A stretch of 64,000 bases of DNA from Candidatus Nomurabacteria bacterium (GCA_023898465.1 CP060223.1:64001-128000); one strand, 5' to 3'; counted from the first letter of the stretch, positions 22,101 to 29,964 are shown. The notes: generated from the letters alone by a model not told the origin. Program-made: numbers and translations.

Positions 22101-24318
22101 CTACTTTGATCCGAATCTTTCCAATACCACGACCTACTGCTACCGCGTGAAGGCAGCCGACAATGCCGGAGCCCAATCAGCGACCTCTTCTATTGTTTCC
22201 ATGCGTCCAGAAGGCCGCTTCACTGAACCCCCAGAACTCATTGGCTCCCCAGGGGTTGAGGCCTACATCCAGTCGGCCACCGTCGAGTGGCTGACTGATC
22301 GCGAAGGCAGCTCCTTTGTGGAGTTTGGCACTGCTGCAGATACCCTTGATCGCATCATGGGCCAAGATGACTTTGTGACGAGTCACAGTGTCACCCTCCT
22401 CGATCTTGAGCCAGCCACCACCTACTACTATCGTACGAAATACACTGACCAAGACAGTAATACCGGCTATTCTTCAGTCCTCTCCTTTACCACTGCTGAT
22501 GCACCGTCAGCTCCGACCAACCTCAGTGTGGACCCAGAGAGTAATACCCGAAACTCCTTTACCTTTGCCTGGGATCCCCCCAGTGATGCTGGAGTCACTA
22601 TTCAAGGCTACTTCTACAGTGTGAATGATGTCCCCACCAGTACGAATACCTCCTTCACTGCTCAGCAAGAGCTTGGCCCTGGCGCATATGCCACGAGACA
22701 AGGGGAGAACGTCTTCTACCTTGTCGCTATTGATGAAGCGAACAATGTGAACTACGACAACTATGCTGCAGTCGCTTTCACTGCCACGACCCCCGCTCCT
22801 GCCATCCCCACCGGCCTCATCATTACCGATGCCTCGAACCGAGAAACTGAAGACTACTCTATTGCCTTGAAGTGGAAAGCAGTGACCACTGAACAAGCCG
22901 GTAGCCTGGAAGATGACGCGGTGACCTACGAGATTCTCCGTTCCACTGATGGAGACAGCTTCTCCACCGTGGCCAACATTACCTCGACTGGCTACCTGGA
23001 CGTCGATCTCGACAATACGACGGAGTATTACTACCAAGTGAAAGCCAAAGACTCCGCCGGCGCTGCTTCAGCTCCTTCGACCACCGTCTCAGATATCCCT
23101 GAGGGGAGATATACCACTCCACCGGAGATTACGAAGGGTCCAAATGTAACCCCGGATTCATTTGAAGCAGGCATTGCCTGGGAAACCGATCGAGACGCAG
23201 ACTCGCATGTTGAGTACGGGACGAATTCTTCTTTAGGGGAGGAACAGGGTACAATCGATGAGACTGACGATCATTCCGTCCAACTCGAAGGACTCCAACC
23301 AGAAACGACTTATTACTATCGCATTCGTTCACGTGACCAAGATGGCAATGTAGCCCTCTCGAGCATCACTACCTTTACTACCTTGGAGGCACCTTTTGTT
23401 TCTGAAGTGCTTGTCTCAGATATTCGCCTCTATGATGCATATATTAATTGGACAACAAATAAAGCGACCACAACTTCACTTGAGTATGGTACTACGACTG
23501 GTTATGGACAGACTATTACTGACACTTCAGGATCACTCACAACAACCCATACCGTACATTTAGAGAATTTAACTGACGATACCACATACAATTTTAAGCC
23601 AACAGGAGTGGATATTACTGGCAATAACCCGGCGAGTGGTAACTACACCTTCACCACCCTGACCTTCCCCCGGGTCGAGAACATCACCTGGGCTAATCAA
23701 GCCGAAGGCGAGACCGAAGTGCAATGGACTACCAATGTCCCCACCACCTCCCAAGTGGAATATTACAACGAAACTACTCCAGCCAAGACCCAAGGTAATA
23801 CGGTCCTGACCACGGAACACTCCGTCCTTCTCTTTGGCCTCGACGATGCCACCATTTACCAATTCCAAGTCCGAGGCACTGACCAATTTGGCTACGAAGC
23901 CATCTCAGATGAGCAAGAGTTCCGTACCCTGGAAGATACTACCCCTCCAGTCGTGAGTAATGTGCAGGTAGAGTCCAATACCATTGGCTCAGGTGAGCTC
24001 TCTCGTGTGCAGATCATTGTCCGCTGGACCACCAATGAGCCTACCTCTTCCCAAGTCCGCTTTGGTGAAGGAAATAACCTTTCCTCTGAATCAGATGTGA
24101 ACCCAGAGTTAGTCTATGATCACCTCCTTGTCGTCTCAGACCTAGAACCAGCGAGAACCTACAATATTCAGGCTATTGCCGTTGACAAAGCAGGGAATAG
24201 TACTGACTCTGATACCTACCGAGTGCTTACCACCCGTCGGAGAGATTCCTTCCTCCAACTGGTCATTGGCAACCTGGAAGACACCTTTGCCTGGTTTACC
24301 AATATTGGGGGGTTTTAA
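19180..24318 (+). CDS. giant surface protein paralog 4, intact (~1712 aa): basic tail + TM anchor, DUF2341-like, unique ~550-aa head (repetitive, propeller-like), shared FN3 module, conserved C-terminal tail
   Basis: The ATG at 19180 overlaps the upstream TGA (an in-frame GTG lies at 19177). The frame is uninterrupted. N-terminal motifs are NYQYRRQLTV...DWRVVYWNG...YYVYYGY. The region 21300-22700 is ~identical to the other copies. Confidence 0.8.
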   Translation: MSRRMRHFSVGHKGLTPRVSRKNSRHSKLSRYKSRYHVQVILTLTVLVFASVFGVAIPYLQAVPTNNTETFTLSSDFSGGVLTDVDVSNDEIKLSGGAENWWDANYQYRRQLTVTNDSAGTAEVGTTATISIDTSALETAGKLRSDRNDWRVVYWNGSSNEELDRVYESTSSTVFAIQATIAGSGGSSSDYYVYYGYSSESSTPPSTVGNVKTVLSMHTTANQVLTSGVTNLGIATDGDYVYMSNGSQLSKLNLDGSLVGTKTVSIGGANRGLGFADGRVIGRDLSNNLYAYDWDSSTLSPLSIPGGHPLLSGQSWMNHNLVTDSSDRIGTVQYASGGMILRRYTISGNTLTWLDDITLGGTYHSVDNHGFTMSNDYLVMVSYSDGWRRWSLPDGTEEVDFGNFGGTGTNTETHPSGMSNPTFIDYNWKTGEIYLGDYSSAEYFRYANEALVTSPTLSVTDGGEVGSLTPIGTFASNQTDTGDDAFINLARIFAWGSGGGDSDTAFTANVTMSDPSHSTLSFELRSASSIANLASATYYSLGSPTSSGAYTLTKGQMDALNSGSGVLPSSVNKYFQLRISFTSSDGLANPSVQDFAFHYQEDNDAPSPPSPVNGAGYDEEGGDVISQTTWYNYPTPYFTWDDAIDGDSSIDGYYVCFGTSSCDPSAGSYVTTAEYTAVSLTSNQKYSLRVKARDTAGNVSATFSVFEYWYDATPPANPSGILPDPAGFTNVNDFDFTWNTGSDAGGSGIAEYCYKTGEDGYVETCTASTSVTGITAYQEGANIFYVRSKDIAGNLPTFYTQVSYYYSANAPSPPQGLEVDPTENTANSFTFTWLLPASYSNPIATYHYSVNALPTASNTTATTNLSVGPGAFATQQGTNIFYVVAKDTAGNVEWDSYAAVEFTANTTAPGIPTGVTLTDSSIRAQNKYSLTLTWDAPENEGSGIDHYVIDRSTTIGCSDGSGTWVQHATTTAEGYFDPNLSNTTTYCYRVKAADNAGAQSATSSIVSMRPEGRFTEPPELIGSPGVEAYIQSATVEWLTDREGSSFVEFGTAADTLDRIMGQDDFVTSHSVTLLDLEPATTYYYRTKYTDQDSNTGYSSVLSFTTADAPSAPTNLSVDPESNTRNSFTFAWDPPSDAGVTIQGYFYSVNDVPTSTNTSFTAQQELGPGAYATRQGENVFYLVAIDEANNVNYDNYAAVAFTATTPAPAIPTGLIITDASNRETEDYSIALKWKAVTTEQAGSLEDDAVTYEILRSTDGDSFSTVANITSTGYLDVDLDNTTEYYYQVKAKDSAGAASAPSTTVSDIPEGRYTTPPEITKGPNVTPDSFEAGIAWETDRDADSHVEYGTNSSLGEEQGTIDETDDHSVQLEGLQPETTYYYRIRSRDQDGNVALSSITTFTTLEAPFVSEVLVSDIRLYDAYINWTTNKATTTSLEYGTTTGYGQTITDTSGSLTTTHTVHLENLTDDTTYNFKPTGVDITGNNPASGNYTFTTLTFPRVENITWANQAEGETEVQWTTNVPTTSQVEYYNETTPAKTQGNTVLTTEHSVLLFGLDDATIYQFQVRGTDQFGYEAISDEQEFRTLEDTTPPVVSNVQVESNTIGSGELSRVQIIVRWTTNEPTSSQVRFGEGNNLSSESDVNPELVYDHLLVVSDLEPARTYNIQAIAVDKAGNSTDSDTYRVLTTRRRDSFLQLVIGNLEDTFAWFTNIGGF

Positions 24319-24367
24319 GAATTCTTTAATCTATGGTATAGTATTCAAGTAAAAAATACAGACCGAC

Positions 24368-25090
24368 ATGGCTGAGCAAAGCAGAAAAAAACCGATTATC
24401 GAACTCAAAAATATTATCAAAGAATTCCGAGTGGGGAAGAATACGATTCGTGTCCTTAAAGATATTAACGCACGAATTGAACCACAGGAGTTTATCATTA
24501 TTCTCGGACCATCTGGATCAGGAAAGTCGACGCTTTTGAATACCATAATTGGTTTAGAGCGCCCCACCTCCGGTCAAGTTTTGGTTGCGAATGAAGATCT
24601 CACTACACTCAGCTCTGATAAGTTGGCAGCTTTTCGTTTACAGAATTACGGCGTGGTATACCAGCGTCCTGACTGGATAAAAGCTTTGAATATCGTACAA
24701 AATGTAGCCTTTCCTTTAGCTATTGCAAATCATTCCATGACAGAAGCAATTCCTAAGGCAATCGAACTTCTAAAGCGCTTTGGTATGGACGATCATGCTG
24801 AATATGCGCCAAGCGAACTCTCTGGTGGACAACAACAGAAGTGCGAAATTGCTCGATCCTTAATAATGGATCCAGACATTGTTATTGCTGACGAGCCTAC
24901 AGGAAACCTGGATACTGATTCAGCTGAGCGCGTGATGAATATATTTACCGAATTGCGAGAAAAGGATAAGAAAACTGTAATCATGGTTACTCATAACATT
25001 GAATATGTTCGCTATGCGACCCATACTATTTATGTACGAGATGGTCGTGTATTAGAAGGTGAACAATCATTCGGCACAAAGAAGAAGTAG
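24368..25090 (+). CDS. ABC transporter ATP-binding protein, MacB/LolD/FtsE-type
   Basis: The Walker A motif is GPSGSGKST, the signature motif is LSGGQQQKCEIARSL, and the Walker B motif is IVIADEPTGNLD. It lies immediately upstream of the FtsX-domain permease. Confidence 0.85.
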   Translation: MAEQSRKKPIIELKNIIKEFRVGKNTIRVLKDINARIEPQEFIIILGPSGSGKSTLLNTIIGLERPTSGQVLVANEDLTTLSSDKLAAFRLQNYGVVYQRPDWIKALNIVQNVAFPLAIANHSMTEAIPKAIELLKRFGMDDHAEYAPSELSGGQQQKCEIARSLIMDPDIVIADEPTGNLDTDSAERVMNIFTELREKDKKTVIMVTHNIEYVRYATHTIYVRDGRVLEGEQSFGTKKK

Positions 25091-25093
25091 AGT

Positions 25094-26314
25094 ATGAAGT
25101 TTAGCTATATTGCTTTTCTCTCAACACAAAATTTGCGCAAACGTAAGCTGCGTAGCTTTTTGACAATTGGAGGTATGGCAATCGGTATCAGCTCAATTGT
25201 TTTCTTGGTTTCGCTTGGTTTTGGCTTACAGCGCCTCATTACCTCACAGGTAACTAATCTGGAAGCGCTTACCATACTTGATGTAAGTACCGGCACCTCA
25301 ACCTTGCTACAAATTGATGATGATCGCATTGCTGGCTTTAAAGAGATTCCTCACGTGCTTGATGTAAGTCCCTCGTACAGTATTTCTGGTCAGGTAGCCT
25401 ATACCGGGTCAGTCACTGATATTGCCATGTTTGGCATTCAACCGGAGTATGTAGGGCTAGAAGGTATAACACCGGCTTTTGGTCGAGTTTTTTCAATCCC
25501 TGATGGCAATGAAACAGTTATTAGCACTACGGCAGCTGAATTGCTTGGTGTTGAGGACTTTGCTTCTTTAATTGGCAAAACAGTTACGTATAGCGTTTCA
25601 GTAGAGCAAACGACTGATGAGAATGGCGCACCACTTGATCCAAATCTACCCCCACCGGCCCCTGAAGTAGTTGATTTTGATGTGGAGGTCATTGGAGTCG
25701 TGGATGATGAATTAACTCTAGCGTATTTACCTATTAGCATCTTGGAAATTACGCAACCAGAAAATTATGATTTAGCGCGCGTAAAAGTAGATAATAGAGA
25801 TAATCTGGTCGGTGTCCGCCAAGAAATTGAAGGGCTAGGGTATCAAGTTGATTCAGTGGCTGATACTGTTGGTCAGATTGATCGTATCTTCCTGGTCTTT
25901 GAAATAGTCATGGCTGGATTTGGCTTTATTGCCATGTTGGTCGCATCCTTGGGCGCATTTAACACCTTAACCGTTTCTTTACTTGAACGTACGCGTGAAG
26001 TAGGAATCATGAAGGCGTTAGGCACACCGAGTAAGGATGTGTACCGACTTTTCTTGAGCGAGTCATTTTTGATTGGATTTTCAGGTGGAAGCTTGGGAAT
26101 ATTAATAGGATATTCCTTAGGTGAAATTGCCAACGTGGTAGTAAATTATTTGGCGAATCGTTATGGTGGTCAATCAGTTGATATTTTCTTCACTCCATTT
26201 TTGCTCATTGTTGTCATTTTCTCAATTATCGTGTTGGTGAGTTTCTTGACTGGTGTTTATCCTGCTCGTCGTGCGTCTAAACTCAATCCTTTGGACGCTC
26301 TGCGCTACGAATAA
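25094..26314 (+). CDS. ABC transporter permease with FtsX-like domain (MacB-like: N-terminal TM, ~230-aa extracytoplasmic domain, 3 C-terminal TM)
   Basis: The order of hydrophobic segments fits this layout. The gene starts 4 nt after the ATPase. Confidence 0.75.
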   Translation: MKFSYIAFLSTQNLRKRKLRSFLTIGGMAIGISSIVFLVSLGFGLQRLITSQVTNLEALTILDVSTGTSTLLQIDDDRIAGFKEIPHVLDVSPSYSISGQVAYTGSVTDIAMFGIQPEYVGLEGITPAFGRVFSIPDGNETVISTTAAELLGVEDFASLIGKTVTYSVSVEQTTDENGAPLDPNLPPPAPEVVDFDVEVIGVVDDELTLAYLPISILEITQPENYDLARVKVDNRDNLVGVRQEIEGLGYQVDSVADTVGQIDRIFLVFEIVMAGFGFIAMLVASLGAFNTLTVSLLERTREVGIMKALGTPSKDVYRLFLSESFLIGFSGGSLGILIGYSLGEIANVVVNYLANRYGGQSVDIFFTPFLLIVVIFSIIVLVSFLTGVYPARRASKLNPLDALRYE

Positions 26315-26329
26315 TTTTTCCAAAAACGA

Positions 26330-26372
26330 ATAAACGAAAACGGACGCATGTAATTGCTTCCGTTTTCGTATC
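26330..26372. terminator. bidirectional intrinsic terminator between permease and convergent small ORF
   Basis: The hairpin gaaaacgga-N14-tccgttttc has T-runs on both sides. Confidence 0.5.
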
Positions 26373-26379
26373 TATCAGG

Positions 26380-26490
26380 TTAGGCGTTCTCGCCACCAGC
26401 CTCACCCATATCAGCGTCACCAGCGTTTTCTTCTGTGGTTTCGCCACCTTCCATTGGAGTCTGGTTCTCTTCTCCGTCGAATTTGAACAT
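26380..26490 (-). CDS. small acidic peptide (36 aa, MFKFDGEENQTPMEGGETTEENAGDADMGEAGGENA)
   Basis: A strong SD (aaaggaggtgat) sits 4 nt before the ATG. A terminator hairpin follows the stop. The ORF track reports a different frame here. Confidence 0.4.
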   Translation of the reverse strand: MFKFDGEENQTPMEGGETTEENAGDADMGEAGGENA

Positions 26491-26660
26491 GCAATCACCT
26501 CCTTTCAATTGATGTGATTTCACGTAGGGTCTAGTGTACGTGTCTGAGAACGTATTGTCTAGACTCTGTCAACCCCATACCACATTGGGTATAGGGTTGT
26601 ATCGCGCACCGATTCTGGTGCGAGGTCAACCCTTCGCGAGTGAACAAAAAAGACTTTCTG

Positions 26661-27761
26661 CTAAATTACTAGGTTTTTTGGCTTTTGTCGGAGAAAAGAA
26701 AGAATGTTATCTATCGTCGTATCAGCGATGCGCTGAATTGCCTCGGTTGTGTTATATGCATTATGAGGTGTGTAGAGCACATTTGGATGTCGAATCAACT
26801 CAGCATTCATCTGAGCAATTCGTGCTTCTTGTTTATTTGCAGGCTTCCAGGATGGTTTCAACACACTCGCTTCATCTTCTAGTACATCCAATCCTGCTCC
26901 GGCAATACTTCCATTTTTTATACCGCGATACAGTGCTTCAGTTTCGATGAGTTCTCCGCGAGCAGTGTTAATCAGGTACATACCTTTTTTACATTGGCTG
27001 AGATTTTTCTTATTTAAAATGTGATGCGTGCTTGGGAAATATGGCGCATGTACAGTGAGCACGTCAGATTTTTTAACTAAGCTGCTGAGGTTAGCATATT
27101 GAAAGCCTAATTCTTTTGCCAGTTGTGCGTTACGTTTAGGATCATAGGCGAGCACCTTCATACCGAAACCTAAGCCCATGCGAATTGCATGTTGGCCAAT
27201 GCGACCAGCGCCGACAACGCCAAGTGTTTTACCACGCAAGTCTATACCACGTAAATCATCGCGAGAACAATTTCCATCCTGAATGCGGCAATATGTCGGA
27301 TGAATTTTTCTCGTCATGCTTAACAACAAAGCAAAAGCCATCTCCGCCACTGTGTTTTCGCCGTAACTTGGCACGTTGGCTACCTTTACACCCCTCTCTT
27401 TGAGTAACGTGCTTTCACAATGATCATAACCAGTTGATCGAGTGGCAATATATTTAACATTCGGAAATTGCTTAAGCAGCGCTTCATCAATCGGTGTGGT
27501 GATAAAAACAGATAGCACAGTAGTTTTTTCACCGATTGCACGCTGTGACGGAGGCAAAGTTACCTGCTTGAGAAACGAAGCAGGCGTTGCACGGAACTTG
27601 GAACGAAAATAATTTAACTCCCAATCATCACAGCCTAGAAAAGTCGTGTGCTGATTTAAATTCTTTTTACGCGTTGAGATTTTTTTCACAAAATAAGTAT
27701 AGCAACCGAGTTGACATGCGTATACATCTCTTGTGGATAACTTGGTTGTCCACTGACTCAA
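26661..27761 (-). CDS. D-isomer-specific 2-hydroxyacid dehydrogenase family protein (glycerate/phosphoglycerate/lactate DH-like)
   Basis: The NAD-binding motif is GKTLGVVGAGRIGQ, and the core ...NTARGELIE...GAGLDVLEDE is present. The start is TTG with an AGAAGG RBS (an in-frame GTG at 27689 is an alternative). Confidence 0.8.
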   Translation of the reverse strand: MSQWTTKLSTRDVYACQLGCYTYFVKKISTRKKNLNQHTTFLGCDDWELNYFRSKFRATPASFLKQVTLPPSQRAIGEKTTVLSVFITTPIDEALLKQFPNVKYIATRSTGYDHCESTLLKERGVKVANVPSYGENTVAEMAFALLLSMTRKIHPTYCRIQDGNCSRDDLRGIDLRGKTLGVVGAGRIGQHAIRMGLGFGMKVLAYDPKRNAQLAKELGFQYANLSSLVKKSDVLTVHAPYFPSTHHILNKKNLSQCKKGMYLINTARGELIETEALYRGIKNGSIAGAGLDVLEDEASVLKPSWKPANKQEARIAQMNAELIRHPNVLYTPHNAYNTTEAIQRIADTTIDNILSFLRQKPKNLVI

Positions 27762-27856
27762 TACCTTCTAGGATGGAGACATGCAACGCACGGGGGGACT
27801 GTGCGTGTTTGGAACGTTGACATGCTATAAGGATGTTGATCCGGGAGTGAAGAGTC

Positions 27857-28957
27857 ATGGGAAACGTACTCGTGGTTGGGACGGGAACGATCGGCAAGCC
27901 GCTCATCGGTTTGCTCACCAAGAGAATGGAAGGTCTTGGTATCAGTCAGGTTGCTTTTCACAAGCGGACTCCGCAAGCCGATACCACGCCTTCGATTCGT
28001 CGACTAGTTGATCGTGGTGCGCTCTTGGTCTGTGATGAAGAGGCGAGGGATGATTTCCATCGCTATGGCCTGGAGCCGCAGATGACGCGCGATGAGGCGT
28101 TAGCCTGGGCTGACGTGGTGATAGACTGCACGCCAGCCGGCAACGCACACAAGACTGGTCGAGCGGTGAACAAGAAGGGTGTGGTGGTTGAGTGCCCACC
28201 CTGGTATCCAGCCCACGAAGACAGTACCCTCGGCTTCATCGCCCAGGGTTCAGAAGAGGGCTTTGGCCAGCCTTTTGCGTTGGACATCAACAACGAACAG
28301 GTTGATCCGAACGCACACAAGTACGTCCAGGTTGTGTCGTGTAACACGCATAACCTCCTCGTGCTACTTGATCTCTTCGGGAAGCTCGGAGTGGGCAGGA
28401 TCAAGGGTCGTTTCGTGATGATTCGCCGCGCGACGGACATCAGTCAACCGGACAATGTTTCTGCTCCCAAGGTCGATAAGCACAAGGAGCTTCGGGGCGA
28501 TCGACACTTCGGTACACACCACGCCTACGATGCTTGGCGGGTTCTTCAGACCATGGGCGTTGATTACGACCTGTTTTCTTCAGCACTGCAGACACCGACC
28601 CAGTACATGCATGTCTTGCATTTCTTCCTCGAGGTTGAGCGTCCACCGAGTCATGAAGAAATCATCGCAGCAATTCGCGAGCGTCCTCTCGTGGCAACTA
28701 CTGAGTACTGCAACACGGGACAGGCCTTCTCGGAAGCGCGCGACGACGGGTTCTACGGTCGAGTACTCGACCAGACGGTCATTCCAGTGAAGACCTTGGT
28801 AGTGAACGGGAATGAGATCACTGGTTTCGCGTTCACTCCGCAGGACGGCAACAGTCTGCTCTCAACCGCAGCGGCGGCTGCACGCTTCCTCGATCCAGTT
28901 GGTTGGAGAGATCGGATCACTAACTGTTTCGGGAAGTACATGTTCGACGAGGTCTGA
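27857..28957 (+). CDS. gap: glyceraldehyde-3-phosphate dehydrogenase, archaeal-type (class II)
   Basis: The N-terminal motif is VVGTGTIGK, followed by DVVIDCTPAG. The active-site region VQVVSCNTHNL and the motif VMIRRATD are hallmarks of class II GAPDH. The gene is visibly GC-richer than its neighbours. Confidence 0.7.
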   Translation: MGNVLVVGTGTIGKPLIGLLTKRMEGLGISQVAFHKRTPQADTTPSIRRLVDRGALLVCDEEARDDFHRYGLEPQMTRDEALAWADVVIDCTPAGNAHKTGRAVNKKGVVVECPPWYPAHEDSTLGFIAQGSEEGFGQPFALDINNEQVDPNAHKYVQVVSCNTHNLLVLLDLFGKLGVGRIKGRFVMIRRATDISQPDNVSAPKVDKHKELRGDRHFGTHHAYDAWRVLQTMGVDYDLFSSALQTPTQYMHVLHFFLEVERPPSHEEIIAAIRERPLVATTEYCNTGQAFSEARDDGFYGRVLDQTVIPVKTLVVNGNEITGFAFTPQDGNSLLSTAAAAARFLDPVGWRDRITNCFGKYMFDEV

Positions 28958-29002
28958 TCAAGCACACTGTTCATTCACGTCCCGCCTCAAGTGAGGATCA
29001 CT

Positions 29003-29536
29003 ATGATCCAAAATCAAGAGGCGGGACTTTTTCTTTTCTTCAAGATTGGGGAGTGCTATGATATAGCTACCATGCATATTAGTTTAAACTTGCCACAATT
29101 CCGTCGTCAGCGCGCACTATTTATCGTGACCGATAAGGAACACGCGAAGTTTTTTGAAGTTTCCAATGGTGAGATTAACGAGCTGGAAGAGATGGCAATT
29201 CATCCTGACCCGAGTGAAGGTAGATTAGCCAGCGGCGGTCGTCGTAAAAAAATTCCCCGCAAAGGTAGGCTTGTTAAGTCACCACTCGGCCAAGAGGGGC
29301 TTTATTATCAGTTTGCCAAAAAAGTAAGTCAGGGCGGTTTAGCTTTGGAAAAAAAGCGGCCCTATAAAGCGATTTATCTTTTTGCGCCACATCACTACCG
29401 ACATGAATTACTTGATCGCCTGCATGCCTATGTGACCAAAAAAATCGCCCACGTGATTGATGGCGACTATATTCATGAACATCCAGTGGAATTACTGCAT
29501 CGTGTTCGTTCAATTGCAAAACTGGATGGAGTATAA
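29003..29536 (+). CDS. Hap (host-attachment protein)/baeRF-like family protein
   Basis: The segments LFIVTDKEHAKFFEV ... IHPDP..GR ... YKAIYLFAPHHYRHELLDRLHAYV...HVIDGDY follow the Host_attach family layout. A GAGGA RBS lies 7 nt before the ATG at 29003. Confidence 0.45.
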   Translation: MIQNQEAGLFLFFKIGECYDIATMHISLNLPQFRRQRALFIVTDKEHAKFFEVSNGEINELEEMAIHPDPSEGRLASGGRRKKIPRKGRLVKSPLGQEGLYYQFAKKVSQGGLALEKKRPYKAIYLFAPHHYRHELLDRLHAYVTKKIAHVIDGDYIHEHPVELLHRVRSIAKLDGV

Positions 29537-29743
29537 GTAGTTTTGTATTGGGAAGGAGCTACACAATTAAATGAAATAATGTTGTAGTATTTCGTAAAAT
29601 CTTGCGAATTATTTTTTTATTTGCGCGTTTTTTTATATGTAATGAGTTTTGTGTGAATATTTTTTTGCGTACATTATGTAAAAAATATTTTATGTGTTGT
29701 TGTGTACAAATGTAATTTGTTGTATATTTTGTGTACAATGTAC

Positions 29744-29772
29744 TTGACAAGATTTCGGATGACTTTTTTAAT
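29744..29772 (+). promoter_or_regulatory. sigma70-like promoter (TTGACA-N17-TTTAAT) preceded by AT-rich region with two TGTGTACAA repeats
   Basis: The sequence is cttgacaagatttcggatgactttTTTAAT, followed by the RBS aaggggg and the ATG at 29815. The tgtgtacaa repeats sit at 29701 and 29730. Confidence 0.45.
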
Positions 29773-29814
29773 GAGAGTATATTGAATACATCGCACATGA
29801 AAGGGGGTGGCGAT

Positions 29815-29964
29815 ATGGCAACAAAGAAGCGCGCAACAAAGCGCAAGACCAAGAAGCCTGCAAAGCGAAAGGTAGTACGCCGCAAGGTAGCAAAAAAAAC
29901 TACAAAGCGAAAGACAACCAAGCGCAAAACAACAAAGCGTAAGACGACTAAGCGTAAGCGCTAG
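29815..29964 (+). CDS. small lysine-rich histone H1-like DNA-binding protein (49 aa, KRKTT repeats)
   Basis: The product is MATKKRATKRKTKKPAKRKVVRRKVAKKTTKRKTTKRKTTKRKTTKRKR. It has an RBS, a promoter and a downstream T-rich terminator. Confidence 0.6.
   Translation: MATKKRATKRKTKKPAKRKVVRRKVAKKTTKRKTTKRKTTKRKTTKRKR

Noticed and set aside
1-24318. Could the periodic repeats be a CRISPR array or other non-coding tandem repeat?
   Set aside because: The repeat units are ~300 bp FN3-domain coding units in one long frame with protein-level periodicity. There is no short repeat plus unique spacer structure and no cas genes.
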